64,000 bases of DNA from a virus (IMGVR_UViG_2832249651_000002:11383-75382); one strand, 5' to 3'. Shown: positions 9,368-20,417, counted from the stretch's first letter. Notes: a model not told the origin generated them from the sequence alone. Numbers and translations: made by a program.

Positions 9368-10587
9368 ATGAAGGGAGTGGATAGAGATACTTTCATACAG
9401 CAAAATATGGGATTGGTAGGAATGGTGGTAAACAAACTTGCCTATAGAATAACAGATAATCCATTCATAGACAGAGAAGATTTAACAAACATTGGAGCTA
9501 TAGGTCTGATAAAAGCATATGACAGATTTGACCCATCTTATGAGGTGCAATTTTCAACTTATGCAGTACCATGATAGAGGGAGAAATCAAGAGATATTTT
9601 AGAGACAATTTAGATACGGTCAGATTTACAAGGCAATCTAAAATAGATTATTATGCAATATCAGAAGTTGACCTTGTAAATGAGAATCCAGAAATAATAG
9701 CAGAAATATTAGAGATGCCAATACAGAGAGTTAAGAATGCATTAGATTATTACAGATGCAAGTCTATAGACTCACTAGATAGAGAAGTATATGAAGATGA
9801 AGGAAGTCCAACTATACTGGCAGATACATTAGGCACTGAGGTAGACTTCGACTCAAATTTAGAAATCGAATTATTCTTAAATAAATTAGATGAACGTTCT
9901 AGAAAAATAGTAGAGCTTAGATTGCAGGAAAAAACTCAAGTAGAAATAGGACAAATCCTAGGTATTAGCCAAGTCCATGTAAGCAGGATTTTAATGAAAT
10001 TACAAAATAGATTAAAAGGGGGAAATAAAGTGGCTGAGAAGAACAACATTATCATTGTTAAAGATGCTATTGCAGAAGCAGTAAAGTTGGCAAAAGAAAC
10101 GGACCTTACTCCAACTCAAATTCAAAAGCAAACAGGTGTATCCTATGGAACAGCCAAAAAATATATTAAGGAATATAGAAAAAATGAACATGAATCAATT
10201 GAACCAGTAAAAACTCCAAATTATAACTTAGCAAAGAAATTATCAGAGGAAACTGAATTAAATGCAAACCAAATAAGCAAGCAAACAGGAGTATCCTATA
10301 CAACAGCTCGTAACTATATAGAATATTATAGGGTTGCCAAGGAAAGCCAGAAAGAAAACCTAGTAGAAAAAACTGCGGATTCGCCTGCACCAGTAGAACA
10401 TAGATTAGACATTCCAGAAGAAGTAATAAGTCAACCTGAATTAAAACAACAAGATGGTTTCATGACAATGACATTTAAGTTAACAGTAGAAGATGCTACA
10501 GCTCAATTAGAGGATATTTTAAAGGCAATGAAGGTATTAGGATTCAAAGACTTAAATTTGACAATACAGAGTCAACAAGTAGCTTAA
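9368..10587 (+). CDS. SigF/SigG/SigB-type sigma-70 factor with C-terminal tandem HTH extension (1-bp frameshift at about 9570)
   Basis: NMGLV..EDL..IG.IGLIKAYDRFDPS..FSTYAVP|MI.GEIKRYFRD; region 4 TQVEIGQILGISQVHVSRI. Confidence 0.85.
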
Positions 10588-10828
10588 TAGATAGAAATTT
10601 GATGTACCTAGTAGAGAAATGTAAAACTATTGTAATTTCCAAGGAAATCAAAGGAGGGGAGAGAATTGGAGCTGGAAGAACTATTTGAAGAATTAACAGT
10701 AGTTGAATATATACCATTTAGGACTTTCAAGGAAAAAATCAATATAACAAAAAAACACTTAGGAAAAGGGAAAATTGTGATAGATGAAAGGCATGTTTAT
10801 ATAGAGAGAAAGGAAAGGGGAATAATAA

Positions 10829-11152
10829 GTGAATTTTAACGAATATCAAAGCTTAGCACAAAGAACGAGTGATACAAAATGCAAATCAGATAAAATTGAA
10901 AACGGTTTAATGGGCTTAAATGGAGAAGCTGGAGAGTGCATAGATGTTTTAAAGAAGTTTTATTTTCAAGGACATGAATTGGATAAAGAAAAGCTGATAG
11001 ATGAATTAGGAGATGTACTTTGGTATATAGCTGAAGCTTGTGTTGGGTTAGGAATTACTATAGAAGAAGTAGCAATTCACAATATAGATAAATTGAGAAA
11101 AAGATATCCAAAAGGTTTTGAAAAAGAAAAATCAATTCATAGGACAGAGTAG
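10829..11152 (+). CDS. MazG-like nucleoside triphosphate pyrophosphohydrolase
   Basis: GL.GEAGE..D..KK..DELGDVLWY..N..KL.KRYP. Confidence 0.9.
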   Translation: MNFNEYQSLAQRTSDTKCKSDKIENGLMGLNGEAGECIDVLKKFYFQGHELDKEKLIDELGDVLWYIAEACVGLGITIEEVAIHNIDKLRKRYPKGFEKEKSIHRTE

Positions 11153-11178
11153 CGAAAGTAATACAAAGGGGTGACTCA

Positions 11179-11730
11179 ATGGCAGTAGAATACATTAGCT
11201 ATATTCAAACAGAGAACTTAATAAAAGTGTGGCCGACTATCCAAGGCATAAAGGAAAGTCTAGACAGAGAATTAAGCCTATATGAATATACCAATAAAAT
11301 AGGAAGTGCAAATAGTTATATTTATACCAAAGTCATAGGCAATAAGGTAATAAGTGATATACCTCCATCGGGCAAAATATCAGATACAACAGGAGATACA
11401 GCAGTAAATATTGAAAATATGTGGGATAAAGATATGAAAAGCATTAAGAACAGCTTGTTAGAAGAAAAATTCTGTATAGATTTAATAGATGATAAGTTAA
11501 ATATTGCATTTAGAAGATTATCTCAGATGCAACAAAAGATTTTAAAACTTTTCTACTTAGACAATAAAACATGGGCTGAGGTACTGGAAGAACTAAAGGT
11601 AGAGAAATATTTTCTTAGTAAGCAACAAGCACAGTTTCAAAGAAGAAATGGAATTTATAAGGTACAGAGCATATCTAAAATCACAGTAGAGTCGTACTTG
11701 CAAGTAATGAAGCTGGTGGAGGTGGAGTAG
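11179..11730 (+). CDS. RinA/ArpU-like transcriptional regulator
   Basis: SDTTGDTA then L...QQKILKLFY...TWAEV sigma region-4-like HTH. Confidence 0.6.
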   Translation: MAVEYISYIQTENLIKVWPTIQGIKESLDRELSLYEYTNKIGSANSYIYTKVIGNKVISDIPPSGKISDTTGDTAVNIENMWDKDMKSIKNSLLEEKFCIDLIDDKLNIAFRRLSQMQQKILKLFYLDNKTWAEVLEELKVEKYFLSKQQAQFQRRNGIYKVQSISKITVESYLQVMKLVEVE

Positions 11731-11913
11731 ATGGACAACATGTATGATTTCCTCAATCTATTTCCTAATAAATTTAGGAGAAAACCAATGTGTAATACAT
11801 GTAAGTATCGAAAACTAGGACTTTCAACTATATGCCATCAATACAAAAGAATACCTTCAGATATTCAACATGGTAGATATTGCAGGAAATATATGAAAGA
11901 TGGGGTGGGTTAA
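11731..11913 (+). CDS. Small Cys-rich protein
   Basis: CNTCKY..C..Y.RIP..C. Confidence 0.55.
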   Translation: MDNMYDFLNLFPNKFRRKPMCNTCKYRKLGLSTICHQYKRIPSDIQHGRYCRKYMKDGVG

Positions 11914-12083
11914 ATGATAGTGACAAAAGATTCAAATATAAAAGAAGTATTGGACTATCATGAGTTAGAAGAAGATAAGATGTTGCATTTAGCATTTTTA
12001 TTGCAGACACACAAAGCAATTGAAATTAAAGGATTTGGATATATGGCAACGTATATACCTTTAGAGGGAAACGAGGTGATAAA

Positions 12084-12725
12084 GTGATGAATAGAATTGA
12101 GTTGCTAAAGATAGCCAAACCTATACTTTTTAATACACCTATGACACAGGCAATTCTTGATAATAGAAAAACAACTACTAGGAGAGTAATCAAGCCACAA
12201 CCTTCAAGAGAAGGTAAGTTAACAGCATCCGAGATTGGTATTCCAAGGGTAGTAGATAATGACCAAGGAAACATGTGGACACTATCTAATCCACCTTACA
12301 AGATTGGAGATATTCTCTATGTTAGAGAAACAGGAATGATTCAATCAATGAAGAACATTGGAAAGAAGGTCAAAATGCTATTTAAAGCTGATAACTCACT
12401 TGTAGAATTTAGTGTATCAGATGAAGAATACGAAAGATTATCTAAATGGGAATTAATTAAAAGGTGGTTACCTCCTTATTGGTTAACAAAAGAAACAGCA
12501 AGGATATTTTTAAAAGTTACTGATATAAGAGTAGAGAGATTAAAAGAAATGACTTTAACAGATTTGATTAAAGAAGGTATGTGGATTAAAGGAGAGAGTA
12601 TCCCAGCAAACAAATTTATAGATTTATGGAATTCTACAATAAATAAACAAGACCTTAATAGTTACGGATGGGAAGCTAATCCTTGGGTATGGGTAATCGA
12701 ATTTGAAAGGGTTGAGGTAGAATAG
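12084..12725 (+). CDS. ASCH/PUA-like phage protein
   Basis: PILFNT.M..AIL..RKTTTRR, GDILYVRET, WEANPWVWVIEF. Confidence 0.75.
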   Translation: MMNRIELLKIAKPILFNTPMTQAILDNRKTTTRRVIKPQPSREGKLTASEIGIPRVVDNDQGNMWTLSNPPYKIGDILYVRETGMIQSMKNIGKKVKMLFKADNSLVEFSVSDEEYERLSKWELIKRWLPPYWLTKETARIFLKVTDIRVERLKEMTLTDLIKEGMWIKGESIPANKFIDLWNSTINKQDLNSYGWEANPWVWVIEFERVEVE

Positions 12726-12768
12726 ATGGAAAAGATGACTAGATAAAGACAATATTAAGGGGGCGAAA

Positions 12769-14160
12769 ATGGATTATATAGATTTTCTACTAAGAAAGAA
12801 AAAGATAGAAGAAACAGCAGGAATAAAAGTTAGTCCAGAAAAGCTAAATAAGCACTCTTTTGATTGGCAAGCTGAAATAACATCATGGAATTTAAGAAAA
12901 GGAAGAAGTGCATTGTTCGCCGAATGTGGACTTGGGAAAACCATAATGCAGTTAGATTGGGCAGATAATGTCCATAGGCATACAAATAAAGATGTACTCA
13001 TAGTGGCACCATTGGCCGTAAGTAGACAAACTCAAAGAGAAGGTGAAAAGTTCGGTATAGAAACACATATAGCGAGGAAACAGAAAGATGTGAAACGAGG
13101 AATCAATATTACCAACTATGAAATGTTAGATCACTTTGACCTAGATAAATTCGTGGGGGTTGTCTTAGATGAAAGCAGTATCTTAAAGTCTTTTATGGGA
13201 AAAACAAAGAGAATGTTAGTACAAGCATTTGAAAAGACACCTTATAGGTTAAGTTGTACAGCTACACCAGCACCCAATGACCATATGGAGATATTAAACC
13301 AAGCTGAATTCTTAGGGATAATGAGTAGTAGTGAAGCTTTAGCAATGTGGTTTATAAATGACACTCAGAACATGGGAACATACAGACTAAAGAAACATGC
13401 AATAAAACCGTTTTGGGAGTGGGTATCGACTTGGGCAGTTAGTATTAGTAAGCCATCAGATATAGGTCCTTATAGTGATGAAGGTTATATACTTCCAAAA
13501 CTACATGAACATACAGAGATAGTAGATATAAGTCTATTAGATAAAACTCTAGAAGATGGGTTCATAAGGGAAATTAAAACTAATGCAACGGCCTATCATA
13601 AAGAGAAAAGATTTACAGCTGAAAAGAGAGCAATAAGGACGGCCGAGATAGTGGCAATGAAACCAGATAAACAACATGTAGTATGGTGTGACACTAACTA
13701 TGAGGCAGACTTATTAAGAAAATATATTCCTCAGGCCATAGAGGTTAGGGGAAGTGACAAGGTAGAGAAAAAAGAAGAATCCATAATGGGATTTATAGAT
13801 GGAGATATTCAAATCCTAATAAGTAAACCTACTATATTTGGTTATGGTTTAAACCTTCAAAATTGTTCAAACACTACTCACTGTGGACTTAGCTATAGCT
13901 ATGAAGACTACTATCAAGCATTAAAGAGATTTCACAGATTTGGTCAAAAGGAAGAAGTATACAGCAATATAGTAATCGGAAGTACTGAAATGAATATCTT
14001 AAATGTTATTAACAGAAAAAAAGAACTTCACAATGAAATGAATGAAAATATGTTCAATAGCATCAAAGAAATCCAAGGCCATAGTATTAAAGGTACAAAA
14101 TTTCAATTGAACCTAGATGATATAAATATAGAATTGCCTAAATGGGCAGTAGGAGAGTGA
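12769..14160 (+). CDS. SNF2-like SF2 helicase
   Basis: CGLGKT, LDESS, TATP, GYGLNLQ, YQALKRFHRFGQ. Confidence 0.9.
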   Translation: MDYIDFLLRKKKIEETAGIKVSPEKLNKHSFDWQAEITSWNLRKGRSALFAECGLGKTIMQLDWADNVHRHTNKDVLIVAPLAVSRQTQREGEKFGIETHIARKQKDVKRGINITNYEMLDHFDLDKFVGVVLDESSILKSFMGKTKRMLVQAFEKTPYRLSCTATPAPNDHMEILNQAEFLGIMSSSEALAMWFINDTQNMGTYRLKKHAIKPFWEWVSTWAVSISKPSDIGPYSDEGYILPKLHEHTEIVDISLLDKTLEDGFIREIKTNATAYHKEKRFTAEKRAIRTAEIVAMKPDKQHVVWCDTNYEADLLRKYIPQAIEVRGSDKVEKKEESIMGFIDGDIQILISKPTIFGYGLNLQNCSNTTHCGLSYSYEDYYQALKRFHRFGQKEEVYSNIVIGSTEMNILNVINRKKELHNEMNENMFNSIKEIQGHSIKGTKFQLNLDDINIELPKWAVGE

Positions 14161-14164
14161 TAGA

Positions 14165-15067
14165 GTGACAAAACAATACCAAGGAGAGAATTTCTCAATA
14201 TACAATGGCGATTGTGTAAGGATAATCAAAGAAATACCAGATAACTCAGTGCATTTCCCGATATTTAGTCCTCCATTTGCTAATCTTTATATCTACAGTG
14301 ATGATCTAGCAGATATGGGAAATTGCAAGGATATAGATGAATTCTTTGAACAATTCGACTTCCTTATTCCTGAACTTTATAGAATAACAAAACCAGGTAG
14401 ATTGTGTGCTGTACATTGTAAACAGCTAGTGAAGTATAAAGGTAGGGATGGCCGAGCAGGATTAACAGATTTTAGAGGAAAAATAATTGAACACTTTGAA
14501 AGGTCTAACTGGCAATATCATAGTGAAGTTTGTATTTGGACAGACCCAGTATTAGAAATGCAAAAGACTAAAGCCCATGGTCTACTTTATAAACAAGTAA
14601 GGAAAGATGCAAGTTTTAGCCGACAAGGATTAGCTGACTACTTAGTAATATTTAGAAAATGGGCAGAGGAAGATGAAGAAGATTTAATTGAGCCAGTAGA
14701 GCATACGAAAGAAGATTTTCCACTTCCTATATGGCAAAGATATGCAAGTCCAGTATGGATGGACATTCAGAGGACTAATGTATTAAATGTACAGCAGGCC
14801 AAAGAAGATAAAGATGAGAAACATATATGTCCTTTACAACTAGATGTAATAGAAAGAGCGATTGACCTATGGACCAATCCAGGAGATATAGTATTCAGTC
14901 CATTTTTAGGAATTGGTAGTGAAATATATATGGCCGTCAAGATGGGAAGAAAAGGAATAGGAATTGAATTAAAAGAAAAATATTTTGAAGATTCCTATAA
15001 AAATATCATAATGGCAGTTCAAGAAAGTAATCAAGTATCAATATTTGATGTATTAGAAAAACAGTAA
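14165..15067 (+). CDS. N4-cytosine/N6-adenine DNA methyltransferase (beta class)
   Basis: FSPPF catalytic motif N-terminal; FSPFLGIGS SAM-binding motif; HICPLQ. Confidence 0.9.
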   Translation: MTKQYQGENFSIYNGDCVRIIKEIPDNSVHFPIFSPPFANLYIYSDDLADMGNCKDIDEFFEQFDFLIPELYRITKPGRLCAVHCKQLVKYKGRDGRAGLTDFRGKIIEHFERSNWQYHSEVCIWTDPVLEMQKTKAHGLLYKQVRKDASFSRQGLADYLVIFRKWAEEDEEDLIEPVEHTKEDFPLPIWQRYASPVWMDIQRTNVLNVQQAKEDKDEKHICPLQLDVIERAIDLWTNPGDIVFSPFLGIGSEIYMAVKMGRKGIGIELKEKYFEDSYKNIIMAVQESNQVSIFDVLEKQ

Positions 15068-15073
15068 TGGGCA

Positions 15074-15129
15074 TGTGCAAGGGGAAGTCACTAAAGTTTG
15101 GCGACCGAGGCGACTTCTCCACAAGCACA
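15074..15129 (+). promoter_or_regulatory. GC-rich intergenic stem-loop with TTGGCGAC loop motif
   Basis: ggggaagtc 15081-15089 pairs with gacttctcc 15112-15120; tgtgc/gcaca outer stem; no U tract. Confidence 0.4.
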
Positions 15130-15174
15130 CACAGTTAGAGTATAACATTTTTGAAGTAGGGAGTGTGAAGAAAT

Positions 15175-16180
15175 TTGTATATACAAGATATAGATTTAAA
15201 ACTCAAAGATTGGGCTTTTAGTCAAAGAAAACACCTTCCTTATGAATTGAAACTAAAACTTTCAGAACAAAGAATTGAGGATTGGTACAACTATTGGGAA
15301 GGAAAAGTTTATATAAGTTTTAGTGGTGGATTAGACAGTACAGTATTATTACACATGGTAAGGTCAATTTTAGGAGGTAACGTTCCAGCGGTATTTTCAA
15401 ATACTGGGCTTGAATACCCTGAATTAGTTGAACATGTAAAATCATTTAAAAATATAGAAGTTATAAGACCAAATAAATCATTTAGACAGGTAATAAAAGA
15501 ATATGGATATCCAGTAGTATCGAAAGAAACAGCTGCAAAGGTAAGAAAACTAAGACATGGAAATTTATCAGATAAATATAGAAATTATTTACTGTATGGA
15601 GATGATCGAGGGAAGTTAGGAAAGCTATCAGAGTGTTGGAAGATCCTTTTAGATGCTCCATTTGATAACATCAGAAAAATGTTGTGATGTGATGAAGAAA
15701 AATCCATTTAAGAAATATCATAGAGAAACTGGAAGATACCCATTTATCGGTATTACTCAAGACGAAGGATTTCAAAGACAAAGACAATATAGTAAAACTG
15801 GATGTAACGTATATGAAGCCAATGCACCTAAAAGCCAGCCTTTAGGATTTTGGACTAAGCAAGATATATTAAGATATGTTGTTGAAAACAACCTAAATAT
15901 AGCAAGTGTATATGGAGAAGTGGTAAATGAAAATGGCATCTATAGAACTACAGGAGTGCAAAGAACAGGATGCATGTTTTGTGCCTTCGGAGTTCATCTA
16001 GAGGATTTACCTAACAGATTTCAAAAGATGGCAGAAACTCACCCACAATTGTACAAATATTGCATTAAAGATTTAGGCATGGGCGAGGTACTGGAATATA
16101 TAGACGTTCCTTATAAAGTCTATGAAGATGGAATTATAAGTGAAGTTAAAGACGGACAAGAGCAATTGAAATTACTTTAA
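15175..16180 (+). CDS. PAPS reductase family (DndC-like) protein, split by a 1-bp insertion at about 15667
   Basis: SFSGGLDS, NTGLEYPE, KCC and RTGCMFC Fe-S motifs across the two ORFs. Confidence 0.85.
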
Positions 16181-16195
16181 TGGAGTTGATAAAAA

Positions 16196-17735
16196 TTGAG
16201 AGAATTAATAGTAGATTCGTTTGCAGGAGGCGGTGGAGCCAGTACAGGTATTGAATTAGCCACTGGCAGAAGTGTAGATATAGCAATAAATCACGATGAA
16301 GTGGCAATAGAGATGCACAAGACCAATCACCCTAACACTAAGCATTACATTGAGGATATATGGGAAGTTGACCCTTTAGAAGCAACGCAGGGAAAGCCAG
16401 TTGCTTGATGTGGCATCGCCAGACTGTCGTCATTTTTCAAAAGCGAAAGGTGGAAAGCCAGTCGACAAGAATGTGAGAGGGCTTGCATGGGTGGTAGTAA
16501 AATGGGCTAAGATGGTTAAACCAAGGGTCATCATGCTTGAGAATGTAGAAGAATTTAAGACATGGGGACCTCTACGACCTAAAGTAGATTCTAAGACTGG
16601 CAGATATATCGTTAAAACTACATTAGGTCACAATAAACCTAAGTACAAAGAATGGACAAGAGTTGCTGAACCAGGAGAAGTTGTACCTAAAGAATATCTT
16701 GTAATGGAACCAGACCTGGATAAAAAAGGGCATACATTTGAATTATTCATCAAAGCCTTAGAAAAGCAAGGTTATAAAGTTGACTTTAGAGAACTTAGAG
16801 CCTGTGATTATGGAGCACCAACTACTAGAAAAAGATTATTCATGATTGCAAGGTGTGACGGAAAGCCTATAGTATGGCCAGAGCCAACCCATGGTGACCC
16901 AGAGCAGATTGAAGCAAGAATGGGAATGTTAAAACCTTGGAGAACAGCAGCAGAATGTATTGATTGGAGTATTCCTTGCCCTAGTATATTCACTAGGAAA
17001 AAGCCACTAGCAGAGAATACACTTAGAAGAATAGCAAGAGGATTTCAGAAGTTTGTAATAGATAATCCAAGTCCTTTCATAGTTAGAATAGGACAAACTG
17101 GGTTCGCTAAAGATGCCCTTCAATATGAACTAGATACACCTCTAACTACAATTACAACTAAGGCTGAACATTGCCTAGTTACTCCATATTTAACAACTTA
17201 TTATACAGAAACCACAGATAATGAAGTGAGAGGGCAGACTTTAGATGAACCTATAGCTACAATACCTACAGCGAATAGATTTGGATTAGTAACAGCTTTT
17301 ATTGCAAGACAATTTAAAAGTTCGACAGGACATAAAATAGATGAGCCATTAGCTACTATTACAACAGTCGATAAATCAAACCTAGTTACGGCTTTTTTAA
17401 TGAAATACTATGGATCTGATATAGGGCAAAGGCTGGATGAACCACTTCATACTATTACTACTAAAGATAGATTTGGATTAGTGACTATCAAAGGTGAAGA
17501 TTACAGAATAATAGATATAGGAATGAGAATGCTACAACCCCATGAGCTGTTTAAGGCTCAAGGATTTCCAGAAGATTATATTATAGACCATGATTATACC
17601 GGGAAGCGTTATCCAAAGACAGCTCAAGTACACAATGTTGGAAATTCTGTATCTCCAGTATTGCCTGAAGCTATGGTTAGGGCAAATTTACCTGAGTTAT
17701 GTGAGGATATAGAGCCATTAGAGGAAATAGGTTAG
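16196..17735 (+). CDS. C5-cytosine DNA methyltransferase, split by indels at about 16405-16414
   Basis: FAGGGG, SPDC, ENV, R.RLF, GNSV motifs; four P(L/I).TIT repeats. Confidence 0.9.
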
Positions 17736-17747
17736 GGGTGATTTATA

Positions 17748-18329
17748 TTGAAAAATAAAATAATTGATTTTCAAATAATGAAAATAAATAGAAACGCACA
17801 GAAAATATGCAAATGCAAACCACCGCAATATGAGATAGATACAACGAATAAATTAGTTCAATGTACTAAATGTAATGCTTATATTCATCCATTCGATGCC
17901 CTAGTAGGTCTAAGTGAAAATATAGAATGGTACAACGAAGAAAAAATTCGATTAAATAAAGAACGAAACGAGCTAATAGAGAAAAAGAATGAATATATAA
18001 AGGAGATAAATGCACTACACACTAAAAGATTTAGGATGAATGTATTTAGGACTTTACAGGGTAGCTATATTGAGGGATTAATGCCACATTGTCCTCATTG
18101 TAGTAAGCCATTCGACCCAACAGAAATAGATCGTTATACAAATAAGGATTATTGCGATTATAAAAGAAAGAAATCCAGAGATGAGAAAGTGTCTTATATA
18201 GTGATGAGTAAAAAGCACCCAACAGTTCATGAAATGGACAGCGAATGGGAAAGAGTCGAGAAATTGACAGATGAAGAATTGGACAAGGAGATAGAGAAAA
18301 TAAAGAAGTGGTCAGAGGGGGAAGAGTGA
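17748..18329 (+). CDS. Hypothetical Zn-finger/coiled-coil protein
   Basis: CKC, CTKC, PHCPHC. Confidence 0.7.
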   Translation: MKNKIIDFQIMKINRNAQKICKCKPPQYEIDTTNKLVQCTKCNAYIHPFDALVGLSENIEWYNEEKIRLNKERNELIEKKNEYIKEINALHTKRFRMNVFRTLQGSYIEGLMPHCPHCSKPFDPTEIDRYTNKDYCDYKRKKSRDEKVSYIVMSKKHPTVHEMDSEWERVEKLTDEELDKEIEKIKKWSEGEE

Positions 18330-18616
18330 TGGTAAAATCAATAACAAATCTAGAAAATGACGAGATAATATCCTTTGTAACTCCTGATAAAGAAGAGTTT
18401 CTAATAAAATATGATTTTAAAATTTCTCTTAAAGAAAATATTAGAAATGCTGAGAATAGAGATGTCAAAATAACAGAAACAATGCAGAAATTCAAACTTC
18501 TGTATAGTGGTTATTCTATGACTATTACCTTTACTCCAAAATTTAATTTCCTTGGATTTAAAAGATATTTATTGACTATAGGAAAACCAATATATGAAAT
18601 AGAGGGTGAAGAATAG
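18308..18616 (+). CDS. Hypothetical protein
   Basis: Coupled ORF in operon. Confidence 0.6.
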   Translation: MVRGGRVMVKSITNLENDEIISFVTPDKEEFLIKYDFKISLKENIRNAENRDVKITETMQKFKLLYSGYSMTITFTPKFNFLGFKRYLLTIGKPIYEIEGEE

Positions 18617-18784
18617 ATGTTCAGACCAAAATGTCCATATTGCAAAGGTAAAAACCTATACCTTAAAAGAACAAGTCCAATGGAAGTGTACGGATGTAAA
18701 GATTGCGAGAAGAAAGCCAAATATTTGGAAGAACAAGGATTGACTAGAAAGCAGATTGAGAAAGTGATAAAGGGGAGATTATAG
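18617..18784 (+). CDS. Small Zn-ribbon protein (not in ORF track)
   Basis: MFRPKCPYC...GCKDC; abuts both neighbours. Confidence 0.6.
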   Translation: MFRPKCPYCKGKNLYLKRTSPMEVYGCKDCEKKAKYLEEQGLTRKQIEKVIKGRL

Positions 18785-19510
18785 ATGAATTTAAGCGAAG
18801 GTGTTATTACAAAAGCACTAAAAGATAAACATGAAAACTTAGAAGATATATTTGCATCTCAAGTAAAAATAGGTCCAGCTGGAAGTAAAATAATGGATGC
18901 AGTAGCTATTAAGAAAACATGGTCACCTAGAACTGTTATAGGCTATGAGATAAAAATATCCAGACAAGATTTTCTTAGTGACCAAAAGCACCCTGTATAT
19001 ATGGAAAATTGTAATATTTTTTATTTTGTTACCCCTAAAGGCATTATAAAAGATGGGGAATTGCCAGTAGGAGTAGGGCATATGATTTATAATCCTGAAA
19101 CCGATAAATTGAGAACATCTAAGAAAGCTCCTTATAGAAAACAACCAATTAATCCAGACATACTCTTGCATATTATGTTCTGGAAGATGGATAGATACTT
19201 TGGATATAGAACAAGAGCGGAGATGTTAGAAGACTATAAGGCTAAGAAGGAGTTAAGAAGTATAGGCCGTGAGATAGCAGATAAGATATGGGATTTAGAA
19301 AGACAATTAGATGATTTAGATAGGAGTTATTATAAAGAAAGATACGAAGAATTACAGAAACAATGGAAAGAAAAATTCGGAACTAACTATATTAATTTTG
19401 ATGAGATTCCTATTAATGATGGATTATCAACATATGACATACAAAGGCTTAGTCAAAGTGCAAAGACAATACTAGATATGACGGAAAAGCTAAAAGCAAA
19501 CTCAAATTAA
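18785..19510 (+). CDS. MmcB-like PD-(D/E)XK nuclease family protein
   Basis: DAVAI..YEIKISRQDFLSD.K...Y...CN.FYFVTP. Confidence 0.75.
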   Translation: MNLSEGVITKALKDKHENLEDIFASQVKIGPAGSKIMDAVAIKKTWSPRTVIGYEIKISRQDFLSDQKHPVYMENCNIFYFVTPKGIIKDGELPVGVGHMIYNPETDKLRTSKKAPYRKQPINPDILLHIMFWKMDRYFGYRTRAEMLEDYKAKKELRSIGREIADKIWDLERQLDDLDRSYYKERYEELQKQWKEKFGTNYINFDEIPINDGLSTYDIQRLSQSAKTILDMTEKLKANSN

Positions 19511-19515
19511 GGAAG

Positions 19516-20115
19516 GTGAGGACATTGGATAAAGCGAGGATTAACATAGATATAACCAATCATGCTAAAGAAAGATATGTAGAGAGAATTAAAGGAATTA
19601 TAGATAAGCAGGAAATTAAAAGATATTTATCAACCGAAGATGAAAAGATAGTAAAAGAAATAAATAAACTATATCAATATTCAGAGTTAATATATAGAGG
19701 TCAAATAGGTGGAGATAAAACTACTAAGGATTTTATGTTAAATAATGATATATGCCTAGTAGTAGATAATGATTGTATAAGGACCATATATCGCATAAAT
19801 TTTGCGTTTCCAGAACCGACACGATTAATGGTTATCAATGACCTTAAAAATGAAATAAGAAGATTACAAGAGGAAGTGGAGGAAGAAAATAAGTTACTAC
19901 AAGAGAAAGATTTAGACATAAATACTTCAATAAAACTTCTAGAATTAGAAATTAAAAACCTTCAGGAAGAGATAGAGGTTAAAAAAGCAGAAGTTGAAGC
20001 AAATGAAGCTATTAAGAAGGCTAATAGAGGAAATATAAGACTACTAAATAGAACACTTCAAACCTATGCAGAGCAGTTATTAGGGAATACCCAATATAAA
20101 AAAGATATTTGTTAG
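19516..20115 (+). CDS. Hypothetical protein (T.HA.ERY.ER N-domain plus coiled coil)
   Basis: ITNHAKERYVERI motif; long C-terminal coiled coil. Confidence 0.65.
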   Translation: MRTLDKARINIDITNHAKERYVERIKGIIDKQEIKRYLSTEDEKIVKEINKLYQYSELIYRGQIGGDKTTKDFMLNNDICLVVDNDCIRTIYRINFAFPEPTRLMVINDLKNEIRRLQEEVEEENKLLQEKDLDINTSIKLLELEIKNLQEEIEVKKAEVEANEAIKKANRGNIRLLNRTLQTYAEQLLGNTQYKKDIC

Positions 20116-20125
20116 GGGTGATTAT

Positions 20126-20407
20126 ATGTTTTCTAATGGAACAGAATATCATGTTTTTATGGAAAGATATTGTTTTAGATGCTCAAAATATAAATCAGAT
20201 AAAGAAGGAATCCCAAGTAATAATAGTTGCAGTATAGAAAAGGAAATAGCTACAGCTATGTTTGAACCAGATACTTTTCCTTATAATAATCTCTATTATA
20301 AAGACGGACAAGGATATACCTGTAATAAATTTAAGGATAAGACCGAACAAAGGCAATATAAGAAAAGGAACGTTAAGCAAGTAGAGGGGCAAATAAAACT
20401 ACTATAG
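20126..20407 (+). CDS. Hypothetical protein
   Basis: FSNGTEY..F...YC.RC. Confidence 0.65.
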   Translation: MFSNGTEYHVFMERYCFRCSKYKSDKEGIPSNNSCSIEKEIATAMFEPDTFPYNNLYYKDGQGYTCNKFKDKTEQRQYKKRNVKQVEGQIKLL

Positions 20408-20417
20408 GAGGATCTAT

